Assembly (NCBI GenBank): GCA_041690395.1
Contig: JAWLHJ010000006.1
Location: forward strand, 262,530-326,529
Source of the DNA: Longimicrobiales bacterium
GTDB lineage: Bacteria > Gemmatimonadota > Gemmatimonadetes > Longimicrobiales > Gaopeijiaceae
Length of the DNA stretch: 64,000 nt
Reading direction: 5' to 3'
Numbering within the stretch: position 1 is the stretch's first letter; the number at the start of each line of letters is the position of its first letter. The position numbers were made by a program, and so were the translations under genes. The notes beneath the pieces are model-generated. The model did not search any database. It was not told the origin of the DNA and saw only the letters and a program-made list of their open reading frames with translations. This document shows, piece after piece, positions 53,940-63,900 of the stretch.

Positions 53940-56900
53940 ATGACGGATTCAGAGAGGAACGTCGCGGACAGGAAGCTCGAGAGGCTCGTCCGCGGTGTGC
54001 GCGCCCGATGGAAGCTCCGCCTCGTCCTCCGCGGCCTGGCGTGGACCGCCGGCCTCTCCCTCATGGTCCTGCTGGGGTCGGCGGTCGTGCTCGAGCAGGC
54101 CCGCTTCTCCGAAGACGCGCTACTCTGGCTGCGGATCGTGACCTGGGGCACGCTCGCGCTCACCTTCGTCCTGCTCGTCGTGCGACCTCTCCTTCGGCCG
54201 GTCACCGACAGCCAGGTCGCGCTCTATCTCGAGGAGCACGAGCCGTCGCTCGAGCACGCCGTGGTGAGCGCGCTGGAGGCGTCCCGGGCCACGGGCTTCT
54301 CGCCGGCACTGACCGGGCGCGTCCTCGAGCACGCGCTCGAACGGGCGGAGTCCGTGCAGAACGGCCGCCGCATCGAGCAGTCGGCGCTCTACCGGTTCGG
54401 CGGTGCGCTGACCGGGATCGTCGTCGCGGGGCTCGTCTTCGCGCTGCTCGGGCCGACCTCTGTGCGATACGGCGTGAGCGCGCTCCTGTCGCCGACCCGT
54501 GACGCGGCCGAGGTGAACCCCTACGCCGTCCTCGTCGAACCCGGTGACGCCGCGATCGCACGCGGCTCCGACCTCGTGGTGAAGGCGTCACTCCGTGGCT
54601 TCGAAACAGGCGAGGTCTCGATCTTCACGAGCTCGGGCGAGGAGGCCGCCTTCAGACGCCTGAGCATGCTTCCCGACGACGCCGGTGCCTTCGAGGTCAT
54701 GCTCCTCGGCGTCGACCAGGAGACCCGCTACTTCGTCGAGGCTTCGGGCGTCCGGTCGCCCACGTTCACGATCGAGGTCGCCGAGCTCCCCTACGTCGGA
54801 GAGCTCGACCTCACGTATCACTTCCCCGCCTACACCGGTCTCTCCCCGCGGGTCGTCGAAGGCGGCGGCGACGTCGCCGCCCTCGCGGGCACCGAGGTCG
54901 AGCTCCGCATCTCACCGACCATCGCGACGCCCGGGGGGCAGCTTCTCGTGGACGGGGAGCCGGCCGGAGCGCTGGAGCTCGCGGAGGATGGCACGTTGAC
55001 CACCCGGTTCACCGTGGAGCGTCCCGGGCTGTACGCCATCGAGCTCGCCCGTGCGAACGGCGACCTCGTCCCGGCGTCGCCCGAGTACGCCATCGACGTC
55101 CTGGAGGACCTGGAGCCGTCCATCCGCTTCACGCGCCCGGGCCGCGACATGCCTGCCTCGCCCATCGAGGAGGTCTACCTCGAGATGGAGGCGATCGACG
55201 ACTACGGCATCGGCGATGTGCGGCTCGTGTACTCCGTGAACGGAGGCCCTGAGGATACCGTGGCGGTCTTCGGCACGTCCGGCGCTCCGCTCGCGGAGGT
55301 GTCCGCGGGGCACACCCTCTATCTCGAGGAGTGGATGCTGGAGCCGGGCGATCTCGTCTCGTACTACGCGCTCGTCCGTGACAACCGCGGCCTCGGCACG
55401 CGCCGTGTCGTGGCCAGCGACATGTTCTTCCTCAACGTGCGTCCGTTCGAGCGGGCTTACCGCGAGGCGGAACAGCAGGGCGGTGGCGGCCAGGGTGGCG
55501 GCCAGCAGCCCGGCGCCGAGACCGCGCTCTCGGAGATGCAGCGGCAGATCATTTCGGCGACCTTCAACCTGATCCGCCAGCGGGACAGCTACACGCCCGA
55601 CGAGTTCGCCGAGAACGTGGTGAGCGTCGCGCTGGCGCAGGAGCGTCTGCGCGGCCAGGTGCAGACACTTCTCGAGCGGATGGGCAACAGGGGTCTGAAC
55701 GAGATCGATCCTGGATTCCGGGATGTCTCGGCGGTCCTGCCGCAGGCCTCGGAGGCGATGACCCGGGCTCAGGAGCGGCTCGACGAGCAGGAGCTCCAGG
55801 AGGCGATCCCCGCCGAGCAGGAGGCGCTCCGATTCCTGCAGCAAGCCGAGGAGACGTACGAGCGGTACGTCACCCAGCAGGAGCAGGGCGGTGGGGGCGG
55901 AGGCGGAGGGGGCAGCCCCGCCGCCGACGACCTGGCCGACCTGTTCGAGCTGGAGCTCGACAAGCTCCAGAACCAGTACGAGACCGTTCGGCGGGGTCAG
56001 CAGCAGCAGGCGGACGCCCAGGTCGACGAGCTCCTCGAGCAGCTTCAGGAGCTCGCGCGCAGGCAGGAGCAGGAGGCCGAGCGGCAGCGGCGGCGCGCCC
56101 AGGCCGGCGCACAGGGAACGCCGGGCGCGGGCGCGTCCCAGCGGAACCTCGCCGACGAGACCGAAGAGGCCGCCCGGCAGCTCGAGCGGCTCGCCCGTGA
56201 GCGCTCCGACGCCCGGCTCCAGGAGACCGCCCGTGCCATGCAGGAAGCGGCCGAGGCCATGCGGCGGTCCGCATCCGAAGGGGGGAACTCCGCGTCCGCG
56301 GGTGCCGGCGAGGCGCTCCGGCGGCTGGAAGACGCGCGTGAGTCCCTGGAGGACTCCCGCGCGGGGCGGGCCGGTCGCGACGCGCAGGACGCCTTGCGGC
56401 GGGTCGACGAGCTCCAGCGACAGCAGCGGGACGTTCAGAGCGACGTGCGCGAGCTCCCGGCGTCGGGGCCGGACCGCCGTGAGGCGATCGACCAGCTCCG
56501 CGAGCGGAAGAATCAGATGACCGAGGCCGTGCGCCAGCTCGAGCAGGATCTCGACCAGGCGGCGAGCTCCGCGCAGGCCGAGAACCCTCAGGCAGCACGG
56601 CGCTTGCAGGAAGGCGCCAACCGGATCCGCGAGAACAGCCTGAAGGAGAAGCTCCAGTACTCACGCGGAACCATCGAGCAGTGGGATCCCCAATCGGCGC
56701 TTACTCTCGAGCTCGGCATCGAGGGCGACCTCCAGGCGCTCCGGGACGAGCTCGAGGGCGCGCTCGAGGCCGCCGGCAGCAGGGAGCGGAATCCGCTCAC
56801 TGAAGCATTGGACGAGACCCGGGAGCTCGTGCGCGGAATGGAGGCGATGCAGCGCCGTCTCACCGAATCGCCCAACCAGGAGCGAGGCGGCTCCGGGGAG

Positions 56901-57521
56901 CCCGGGGAGGAGGGCGAGCCTGGCGCCGAGGGTCAGCCCGGTGCCGAGGGCCAGGAGGGTCGGCCCGGCGAGGGAGGCCAGCCCGGCCAGGAGGGTCAGC
57001 AAGGTGCGTCCGGTGAGCAGGCCGGAAGTGGCCAGCAAGGCGCGGAGCAGGGCGGCGGAAGCGGTGGCGGCGGCGGCCCCGAGCGAGGACTCAGGCCGAG
57101 CGGCGGACCCGACGAGGTCGGCCCCTGGAGCGGTGGCGGCCCCACCGGCGGGAGCCCGCGGACCTATTCACCGGAGGAGATCCGGCAGTACCGGAACGAG
57201 CTCCAGGAGCGGGCGGGACAGGTGCGCGACCTGCGCGACCAACTCCGGGAGGCGGGTCGCCCGGCCGAGGACCTCCAGGCCGTCCTGGAAGCGATGGAAC
57301 GGCTGGCCAGCGAGGGGGCGTTCGATGATCCGACGCAGGCGGCGCAACTCCAAGCCGACGCCGTGGACGCGCTCAAGCGTCTGGAGTTCGGGCTACGCCG
57401 CGAGGTCGAGGGCGAGGTGCCGCAGCGTGGCACGCTGACCGGCTCGGACGACGTGCCGGAGGGCTATCGCGCGCTGGTGGAGGAGTATTACCGGACGCTG
57501 GCGCGGGGCGGAGGATCCTAG
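53940..57521 (+). CDS. DUF4175-like large membrane-anchored protein (Ig-like region, long coiled coil, G/Q-rich linkers)
   Basis: Three N-terminal TMs; 'PAYTGL', 'DDYGI'; Q/E/R-rich heptads; C-terminal 'VPEGYRALVEEYYRTLA'. Confidence 0.82.
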   Translation: MTDSERNVADRKLERLVRGVRARWKLRLVLRGLAWTAGLSLMVLLGSAVVLEQARFSEDALLWLRIVTWGTLALTFVLLVVRPLLRPVTDSQVALYLEEHEPSLEHAVVSALEASRATGFSPALTGRVLEHALERAESVQNGRRIEQSALYRFGGALTGIVVAGLVFALLGPTSVRYGVSALLSPTRDAAEVNPYAVLVEPGDAAIARGSDLVVKASLRGFETGEVSIFTSSGEEAAFRRLSMLPDDAGAFEVMLLGVDQETRYFVEASGVRSPTFTIEVAELPYVGELDLTYHFPAYTGLSPRVVEGGGDVAALAGTEVELRISPTIATPGGQLLVDGEPAGALELAEDGTLTTRFTVERPGLYAIELARANGDLVPASPEYAIDVLEDLEPSIRFTRPGRDMPASPIEEVYLEMEAIDDYGIGDVRLVYSVNGGPEDTVAVFGTSGAPLAEVSAGHTLYLEEWMLEPGDLVSYYALVRDNRGLGTRRVVASDMFFLNVRPFERAYREAEQQGGGGQGGGQQPGAETALSEMQRQIISATFNLIRQRDSYTPDEFAENVVSVALAQERLRGQVQTLLERMGNRGLNEIDPGFRDVSAVLPQASEAMTRAQERLDEQELQEAIPAEQEALRFLQQAEETYERYVTQQEQGGGGGGGGGSPAADDLADLFELELDKLQNQYETVRRGQQQQADAQVDELLEQLQELARRQEQEAERQRRRAQAGAQGTPGAGASQRNLADETEEAARQLERLARERSDARLQETARAMQEAAEAMRRSASEGGNSASAGAGEALRRLEDARESLEDSRAGRAGRDAQDALRRVDELQRQQRDVQSDVRELPASGPDRREAIDQLRERKNQMTEAVRQLEQDLDQAASSAQAENPQAARRLQEGANRIRENSLKEKLQYSRGTIEQWDPQSALTLELGIEGDLQALRDELEGALEAAGSRERNPLTEALDETRELVRGMEAMQRRLTESPNQERGGSGEPGEEGEPGAEGQPGAEGQEGRPGEGGQPGQEGQQGASGEQAGSGQQGAEQGGGSGGGGGPERGLRPSGGPDEVGPWSGGGPTGGSPRTYSPEEIRQYRNELQERAGQVRDLRDQLREAGRPAEDLQAVLEAMERLASEGAFDDPTQAAQLQADAVDALKRLEFGLRREVEGEVPQRGTLTGSDDVPEGYRALVEEYYRTLARGGGS

Positions 57522-57554
57522 CGACCAGAGCCCGACGGGCTGTGGTCGGCGCGG

Positions 57555-57941
57555 TCAGCCCGGCTTGGTCCCGTTGAGGACCTCACGGACCTTGTCGCGC
57601 AGGCCGGCCACCGTGAACGGCTTCGAGATGTAGTTCACCTCGGCCACGCGAATCCCCTGCAGGAGCACCTCGTCTTCGGTGTAGCCGGACATGAAGAGGA
57701 GCGAAGTGCCGGGATGCAGCTCACGAAAGCGCTCACCGAGCTCTCTCCCACCGAGCCCCGGCATGACCACGTCGGTCAGGAGCAGGTCGATCGTTCCGTC
57801 GTGCTCGTCCGCGATGCGGAGCGCTTCCTCCCCGCCGAGCGCCTCGAGGATCTCGTAACCGTCACGGCGAAGGACCTTGCTCGCGACCCTCAGGACGGAA
57901 GGCTCGTCGTCGACGACGAGAACCGTCTTTGCGGCGCTCAT
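57555..57941 (-). CDS. Single-domain response regulator receiver
   Basis: SD AAAGGAGG; 'VLVVDDE', 'LLLTDVVMP', 'FMSGY', 'KPF'. Confidence 0.92.
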   Translation of the reverse strand: MSAAKTVLVVDDEPSVLRVASKVLRRDGYEILEALGGEEALRIADEHDGTIDLLLTDVVMPGLGGRELGERFRELHPGTSLLFMSGYTEDEVLLQGIRVAEVNYISKPFTVAGLRDKVREVLNGTKPG

Positions 57942-58181
57942 GGCTCCTCCTTTGGATCCGAGGGCGTGATCGGTGGCGGAAACCCGCTCCGGCCCGCCCG
58001 AACCGCGAGGCGGACAGAACGACGAGACAGAAAGAATATGTATCAAATCTTCGTCCCGAATGCCATGGCCCCCTGGATCCCACCGCGTACGCGCCTTCCG
58101 CGGCGACCTGTTAAATTCCCGCCTCTTCTGGCCGGCCGACCGTAGCGCCGGAATCTTCGACCCACACCCCGATGGCGAGCC

Positions 58182-59864
58182 ATGTCCGGACCGCAGTTCA
58201 TCTACCACATGCACCGGGTCTCCAAGATCGTGCCCCCGAAGCGGGAAATCCTGAAGGACATCAGCATCTCCTTCTATCCCGGGGCCAAGATCGGCGTCGT
58301 CGGCCCGAACGGTTCCGGCAAGAGCTCGCTGCTCCGGATCATGGCAGGGCTCGACACCGACATCCAGGGGGAGGCGTGGGCCGCGAAGGGGACCCGCATC
58401 GGATATCTGGCGCAGGAGCCCGAGCTCGACGAGTCGCTCGACGTCCGGGGCAACGTGGAGGAGGCCGTCCGTGACACCCGAGCCCTCCTCAGCCGCTTCG
58501 ACGAAGTCAATCTCGCCTTCGGCGAGGTGACCGACGACGAGGCGATGAACGCGCTCATCGAAGAGCAGGCCAAGCTTCAGGACCGCATCGACGCCTCCGG
58601 AGCCTGGGACCTCGACCGCAAGATCGAGATCGCCATGGATGCGCTCCGCCTCCCTCCCGGAGACGCGGACGTCTCGACGCTGTCGGGTGGAGAGCGCCGC
58701 AGGGTGGCCCTGTGCAGGGTGCTCCTGGAGCAGCCGGACATGCTCCTCCTCGACGAGCCGACCAACCACCTGGACGCCGAATCCGTCGCCTGGCTCGAGC
58801 ACCATCTCGCGGCCTTCCCGGGCACGATCGTGGCCATCACCCACGACCGCTACTTCCTGGACAACGTGGCGGAATGGATCCTGGAGCTGGACCGCGGACA
58901 GGGCATCCCGTGGAAGGGGAACTACTCGTCCTGGTTGGAGCAGAAGCGGGAGCGCCTCCGGATCGAGGAGAAGCAGGAGTCGGCCCGGCAGCGGACCCTC
59001 GAAAACGAGCTCGAGTGGGTGCGGATGTCCCCCCGCGCCCGGCACGCGAAGGCCAAGGCGCGCATCAGCGCCTACGAGGAGCTGCTCGCGAAGGACGAGC
59101 GCGAGCAGGTGCGGACCGCGGAGATCCTGATCCCCAAGGGACCGAGGCTCGGCGACGTGGTGATCCGTGCGGATCACATCCAGAAGGGCTACGGCGAAAA
59201 GCTCCTGATCGACGACCTGTCCTTCGACGTCCCGCCGGGCGCGATCGTCGGCATCATCGGTCCGAACGGAGCGGGTAAGACCACGCTCTTCCGCATGATC
59301 GTCGGCGACGAGTCGCCGGACGCCGGCACGATGGAGGTCGGGCAGACGGTCAAGCTCTCGTACGTCGATCAGTCGCGCTCCGAGCTCGACCCGAACAAGA
59401 CGGTGTTCGACGAGGTCAGTGGGGGGCAGGACGTGCTCCACTTCGGCCGGGCGGAAGTCAACCCGCGGGCCTACCTTTCCTGGTTCAACTTCCGAGGCGC
59501 GGACCAGCAGAAAAAGGTCGGCGTCCTGTCGGGAGGCGAGCGGAACCGGCTGCATCTGGCCAAGCTCCTCAAGTCGGGAGGAAACGTGATGCTCCTCGAC
59601 GAGCCCACGAACGACCTTGACGTCGACACGTTGCGAGCCCTCGAGAACGCGATCCTCGACTTCGCGGGATCGGTTCTGGTGATCTCCCACGATCGCTGGT
59701 TCCTGGACCGGGTCGCGACCCACATCCTGGCGTTCGAGGGGAACTCCCGCGTCGTATGGTTCGAGGGGAACTACCAGGAGTACGAGGACGACAAAAAAGC
59801 CCGCCTGGGCGACGAGGCCGATCGGCCCCACCGTATCCGCTACAGGAAGCTCGTCAGGGATTGA
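58182..59864 (+). CDS. ettA: Energy-dependent translational throttle protein EttA (ABC-F)
   Basis: 'QFIY.M.RV.K', 'SFYPGAKIGV.G.NGSGKSSLL', two ABC domains, 'ELEWVR..PRAR.AK.KARI..YEEL', 'PHRIRYRKL'. Confidence 0.95.
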   Translation: MSGPQFIYHMHRVSKIVPPKREILKDISISFYPGAKIGVVGPNGSGKSSLLRIMAGLDTDIQGEAWAAKGTRIGYLAQEPELDESLDVRGNVEEAVRDTRALLSRFDEVNLAFGEVTDDEAMNALIEEQAKLQDRIDASGAWDLDRKIEIAMDALRLPPGDADVSTLSGGERRRVALCRVLLEQPDMLLLDEPTNHLDAESVAWLEHHLAAFPGTIVAITHDRYFLDNVAEWILELDRGQGIPWKGNYSSWLEQKRERLRIEEKQESARQRTLENELEWVRMSPRARHAKAKARISAYEELLAKDEREQVRTAEILIPKGPRLGDVVIRADHIQKGYGEKLLIDDLSFDVPPGAIVGIIGPNGAGKTTLFRMIVGDESPDAGTMEVGQTVKLSYVDQSRSELDPNKTVFDEVSGGQDVLHFGRAEVNPRAYLSWFNFRGADQQKKVGVLSGGERNRLHLAKLLKSGGNVMLLDEPTNDLDVDTLRALENAILDFAGSVLVISHDRWFLDRVATHILAFEGNSRVVWFEGNYQEYEDDKKARLGDEADRPHRIRYRKLVRD

Positions 59865-60355
59865 TGGCCGAGGACACCAGCAGCCAGGAAGAACGTGACC
59901 GGCTGATCGCCGAGGCCCTCGCGCATGCGGAGGCCCGAGACGCGCTCTATCGCCCGCCGACTGAGATCCTGCCGTCGGGTCGTTGGCGGGGCGCGTTGGC
60001 CCTGGTGCTGCTCGTCCTCTCCGGAATCCTCGCGGCCGCCCCGCCGAGCTGGCTCAGGGGGGCGCCCAGACCCTCGGTGTCCGACCAGGAGCGAGCCCTC
60101 GGTGTCCGGGTCGCGCTGGAGCTCCAAGCCGAGCAGATCGACGCGTTCCGCCAACGAACCCAGCGACTTCCCGCGGATCTGACCGAGCTCCCGGCCGCAC
60201 TGCCCGGAATCCGCTTCGTGCGCTCGGACGACCGTCTTTACCAGCTGGTCGGCTACGGTCCGGACCGCCGCCCCGTCGTGCTGGAGTCGATCCGTCCGGG
60301 CCCGGACGCACGCGAGGCGGCCTCCGCGTTCCTGGCCCGCGTGGACGGGTCATGA
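59864..60355 (+). CDS. Hypothetical single-TM protein with pseudopilin-like C-terminal helix
   Basis: TGATG coupling to ettA; one TM; 'QIDAFRQRTQRLPADLTEL'. Confidence 0.65.
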   Translation: MAEDTSSQEERDRLIAEALAHAEARDALYRPPTEILPSGRWRGALALVLLVLSGILAAAPPSWLRGAPRPSVSDQERALGVRVALELQAEQIDAFRQRTQRLPADLTELPAALPGIRFVRSDDRLYQLVGYGPDRRPVVLESIRPGPDAREAASAFLARVDGS

Positions 60356-60888
60356 CGACGGGGGGACGAGCCGGTGGTACGTTCGGCAATGTGCTGCTCG
60401 TGATCGCTACGCTGTCCCTGCTCGCGGCCGTCATGTACCCGGCGGCGCGGGAGCGCGCGTTCGACGAGCGGATCGAGGCCATCGTGTCGGACATCGAGCT
60501 CGTGCGGGGCACCGTGGAAGACGTGCGGGAAGAGACGGGCAGCTGGCCCCCCAGCTCGGCCATCGCGGGCCTCGTCCCCGGTCTCCTGTCGCCGGGCGAG
60601 GCCATCGGAAGCTCTTTGGGGCGGGGACTGGAGTGGCGCCGACTGGAGTCCGTCGAGGTGCCCCCTCCCCCGGAGGGTGTGGAGGACTCCGTTCCGGAAG
60701 AGGACGACGAGCTGGGCCAGGAGGCCCCGACGCCCGAGCCGACGTTCTTCCATCGAGGAGCGCTCTCACTGCACACGACGGACGAGGAGGTCATCGGCGC
60801 GTTGCTGGACCGCTACCCGGAGTCGTTCGTGCACGACGGAGTCTGGACGCTACTCCTCCCCCGGGTGGCCGTCCCGCCCACACCGTGA
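60352..60888 (+). CDS. Type IV pilin/pseudopilin-like protein with atypical N-terminus
   Basis: ATGA overlap; 'RAG|GTFGNVLLVIATLSLLAAVMYP' with LAA at +16-18 and Pro at +22; 'TGSWP'. Confidence 0.65.
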   Translation: MTTGGRAGGTFGNVLLVIATLSLLAAVMYPAARERAFDERIEAIVSDIELVRGTVEDVREETGSWPPSSAIAGLVPGLLSPGEAIGSSLGRGLEWRRLESVEVPPPPEGVEDSVPEEDDELGQEAPTPEPTFFHRGALSLHTTDEEVIGALLDRYPESFVHDGVWTLLLPRVAVPPTP

Positions 60889-60946
60889 CCTTGGGCGGGG
60901 AAACCGACACATTACCGGTCCGTCCCAACCGAGAACCACGCGAGAC

Positions 60947-63900
60947 ATGATCCGTATCCAGCGCAGGCCGGAAGTCGACTTCCAGGAAGTCCTGGGCGCG
61001 ATGCGCCAGTACTTCGATCTGGATGGCACGCTCTCGGCCCTCCCGGGCGAGCGCGACCAGAACTACCTGCTCGAGACCGACGACGGACGCAGCTACGTCG
61101 TGAAGGTCAGCTCGCCCGAGGAACCGGACCCGATTCTCCGTTTCGAGACCGAGATGCTGGTGAAGTTGGCCGCGGAGACCGACGGGCTGGTCCCGGGCGT
61201 GCACCCGGCGAAATCCGGCGAGAACCTGGTCGAGTTCGAGGACGCGCAGGGTAAGAGCCACCGCATGCGGGTGGTCGACTTCCTCCCCGGCACGCTGCTC
61301 GCCAACGCGCGCCCGAGGACGGAGCCCCTGCTCTACGACTTCGGCCGGCGGGTCGCCGAGCTCGTGAGCGCGCTCGGGGGATACCCCGACCATCCGCCCG
61401 CGCGGTTCAACTTCGACTGGGCGCTCGGAAGCGCGGGCAGCGTCATGGAGCGCTGCCTGGACCTGTTCGACGGAGAGCAGCGGCAGCTCATCGAGAGCGT
61501 GCACCGGTCCTTCGACGAGCGCGGCCACGACTTCCTCGGCCTCGGCTCCCAGATCATCCACGGGGACATCAACGACCACAACGTGTTGGTCTCCGACCCC
61601 GACGGTACCCGGCGCTACGTCACCGGCTTCATCGATTTCGGCGACGCGCACTCCGCACCCCGGGTCTTCGACCTCGCGATCGCCATCGCGTACGCGACGC
61701 TCGGAACGTCGGATCCGGTCACCGCGGCCGCCACCATCGTGCGTGGCTTCAACGACGCGACGCCACTGCTCGAAGCGGAGATCGACGTGATCTTCACGCT
61801 GGCACGCGCCAGGCTCGGCCAGAGCGTCAGCGTAGCCGCGTGGAAGCGGAGTCAGGGCGAGGCCCTCGACGACTCCCACTTCGTGTCGGAGGCACCCGCG
61901 TGGGACCTCCTCCGGCGGCTCGACGGCCTCCCCGACAAGTTCCTCCGCGGGGTACTGCGCGACGCGTGCGGGCAGTCGGCCAACGTGCGCACGCCCTACC
62001 TCATGGAGTGGCTCGCGAAGCAGGAGTGCGAGCCGGTCATGGATATCCCGGAGGAGGACGGCGCGCTGGTCGCGCTCGACCTCGCGGTCGACAGCCCCTA
62101 CGTGGACGGACACGACACCGACGACACGGCCCTCTTCCAGACGCGCATCTCGAGGATGATCGCCGACGCCGGCGCGTCGATCGGAGTCGGTCGCTACCTG
62201 GAGCCCCGGGCGTTCTACCTGACCGACGCGTTCGCCGGGCGAGAGGGCGATCCACGCGAGCGGAGGACGGTGCACCTCGGCATCGACCTCTTCACACACG
62301 AGGGGACCGATATCCGGGCGCCGCTGGCCGGTAAGGTGCGCGCCATCGAGAACAACTCGGCCCGCCTCGACTACGGCCCCACGGTGGTCCTCGAGCACCA
62401 GTCCCCGCACGGCCGGTTCTGGACCCTCTACGGACACCTCTCGATGGAGTCGATCGATTCCCTCGAGATCGGTCGCGAGATCCGGGCCGGCGAGCAGTTC
62501 GCCCGTCTCGGCGGGCCGCCCGAGAACGGGGACTGGCCGCCGCACCTCCACTTCCAGATCGTCACGCACTTTCTGGGACACGGAGGTGATTTCCCGGGCG
62601 TGGCGCTGCCGCGCGAGCGGAGCGTGTGGGCGTCGTTCTCACCCGATCCGAACGTCATCCTCGGCCTTCCGGTGGACGCGACTTACCAGGAGCCGGAGGA
62701 CCTCGCCGAACGGCGCTCACGCGCGCTCCCGGCCAATCTCTCCCTCTCCTACGCTTCTCCCATCCACGTGGTGCGGGGCCGGGGCACGCGGCTCTACGAC
62801 CCGCTCGGGCGTGCGTACCTCGACTGCGTGAACAACGTCGCGCACGTCGGACACGAGCACCCCGAGGTCGTCCGCGCGGGACAGCGCCAGATGGCCGTGC
62901 TCAACACGAACACGCGTTATCTCCACGAGAAGGTCGTCGAATACGCGGAGCGCCTCGCCGCCCTCCTACCGGACCCGCTCTCCTGCTGCTTCTTCGTGAA
63001 CTCCGGGAGCGAGGCGAACGAGCTGGCGCTCCGCATGGCCCGCGCCCACACGAACGGCTCGGGCGTGGTCGCGCTCGAGGGTGGCTACCATGGGCATACG
63101 CAGACGCTCATCGACGTGAGTCACTACAAGTTCGCCAGCCCCGGCGGCATGGGGGCTCCGCCATGGGTCCGGGTCGCCCCCGCCCCGGACGAGTACCGCG
63201 GCCGCTACGGCCGTAGCATGCCGGATCGCGCGGCCCGCTACGCCGGCCACGTGAAGGAGGCCCTGGCGGAGCTCCGCGGCGCGTCCATCACGCCGTCGGC
63301 GTTCATCGCCGAGACGTTCCTCTCGTGCGGCGGCCAGATCGAGCCACCTCAGGGCTACCTCGCCGCGGCGTACGCGCACGCCCGCAGCTTCGGCGCCGTC
63401 TGTATCGCGGACGAGATCCAGACCGGCTTCGGGCGCATCGGGAGCGACTTCTGGTCGTTCGAGTCGCAGGATGTGGTGCCCGACATCGTCACCCTCGGCA
63501 AGCCGGTCGGGAACGGCCACCCGATCGGGGTGGTCGTCACGACACCCGAGATCGCCGAATCGTTCGACAACGGCATGGAGTTCTTCAGCACCTTCGGCGG
63601 GAATCCCGTCTCGGCCGCGATCGGGCTCGCGGTCCTCGACGTCCTCGAGGCGGAGCGGCTGCAGGACCGCGCCGCGGTGCTCGGCGGGACCCTCAAGGGC
63701 TCGCTGGCCTCGCTGGCCATGAGGCACGAGGTCGTGGGCGACATCCGCGGCCGGGGGCTCTTCCTGGGGATCGAGCTCGTTTCCGACCGGGGATCGAGGC
63801 GGCCGGCGCCGGACATCGCCCGCTACGTGATCGACCGCATGGCGGACCGCGGCGTCCTCCTGGGAGCCGACGGGCCGGCGCACAACGTCCTCAAGATCAA

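Noticed and set aside
57942..59831. Long N-terminal extension of the response regulator ORF (758 aa)
   Set aside because: Antisense shadow of ettA; a strong SD precedes ATG 57941.
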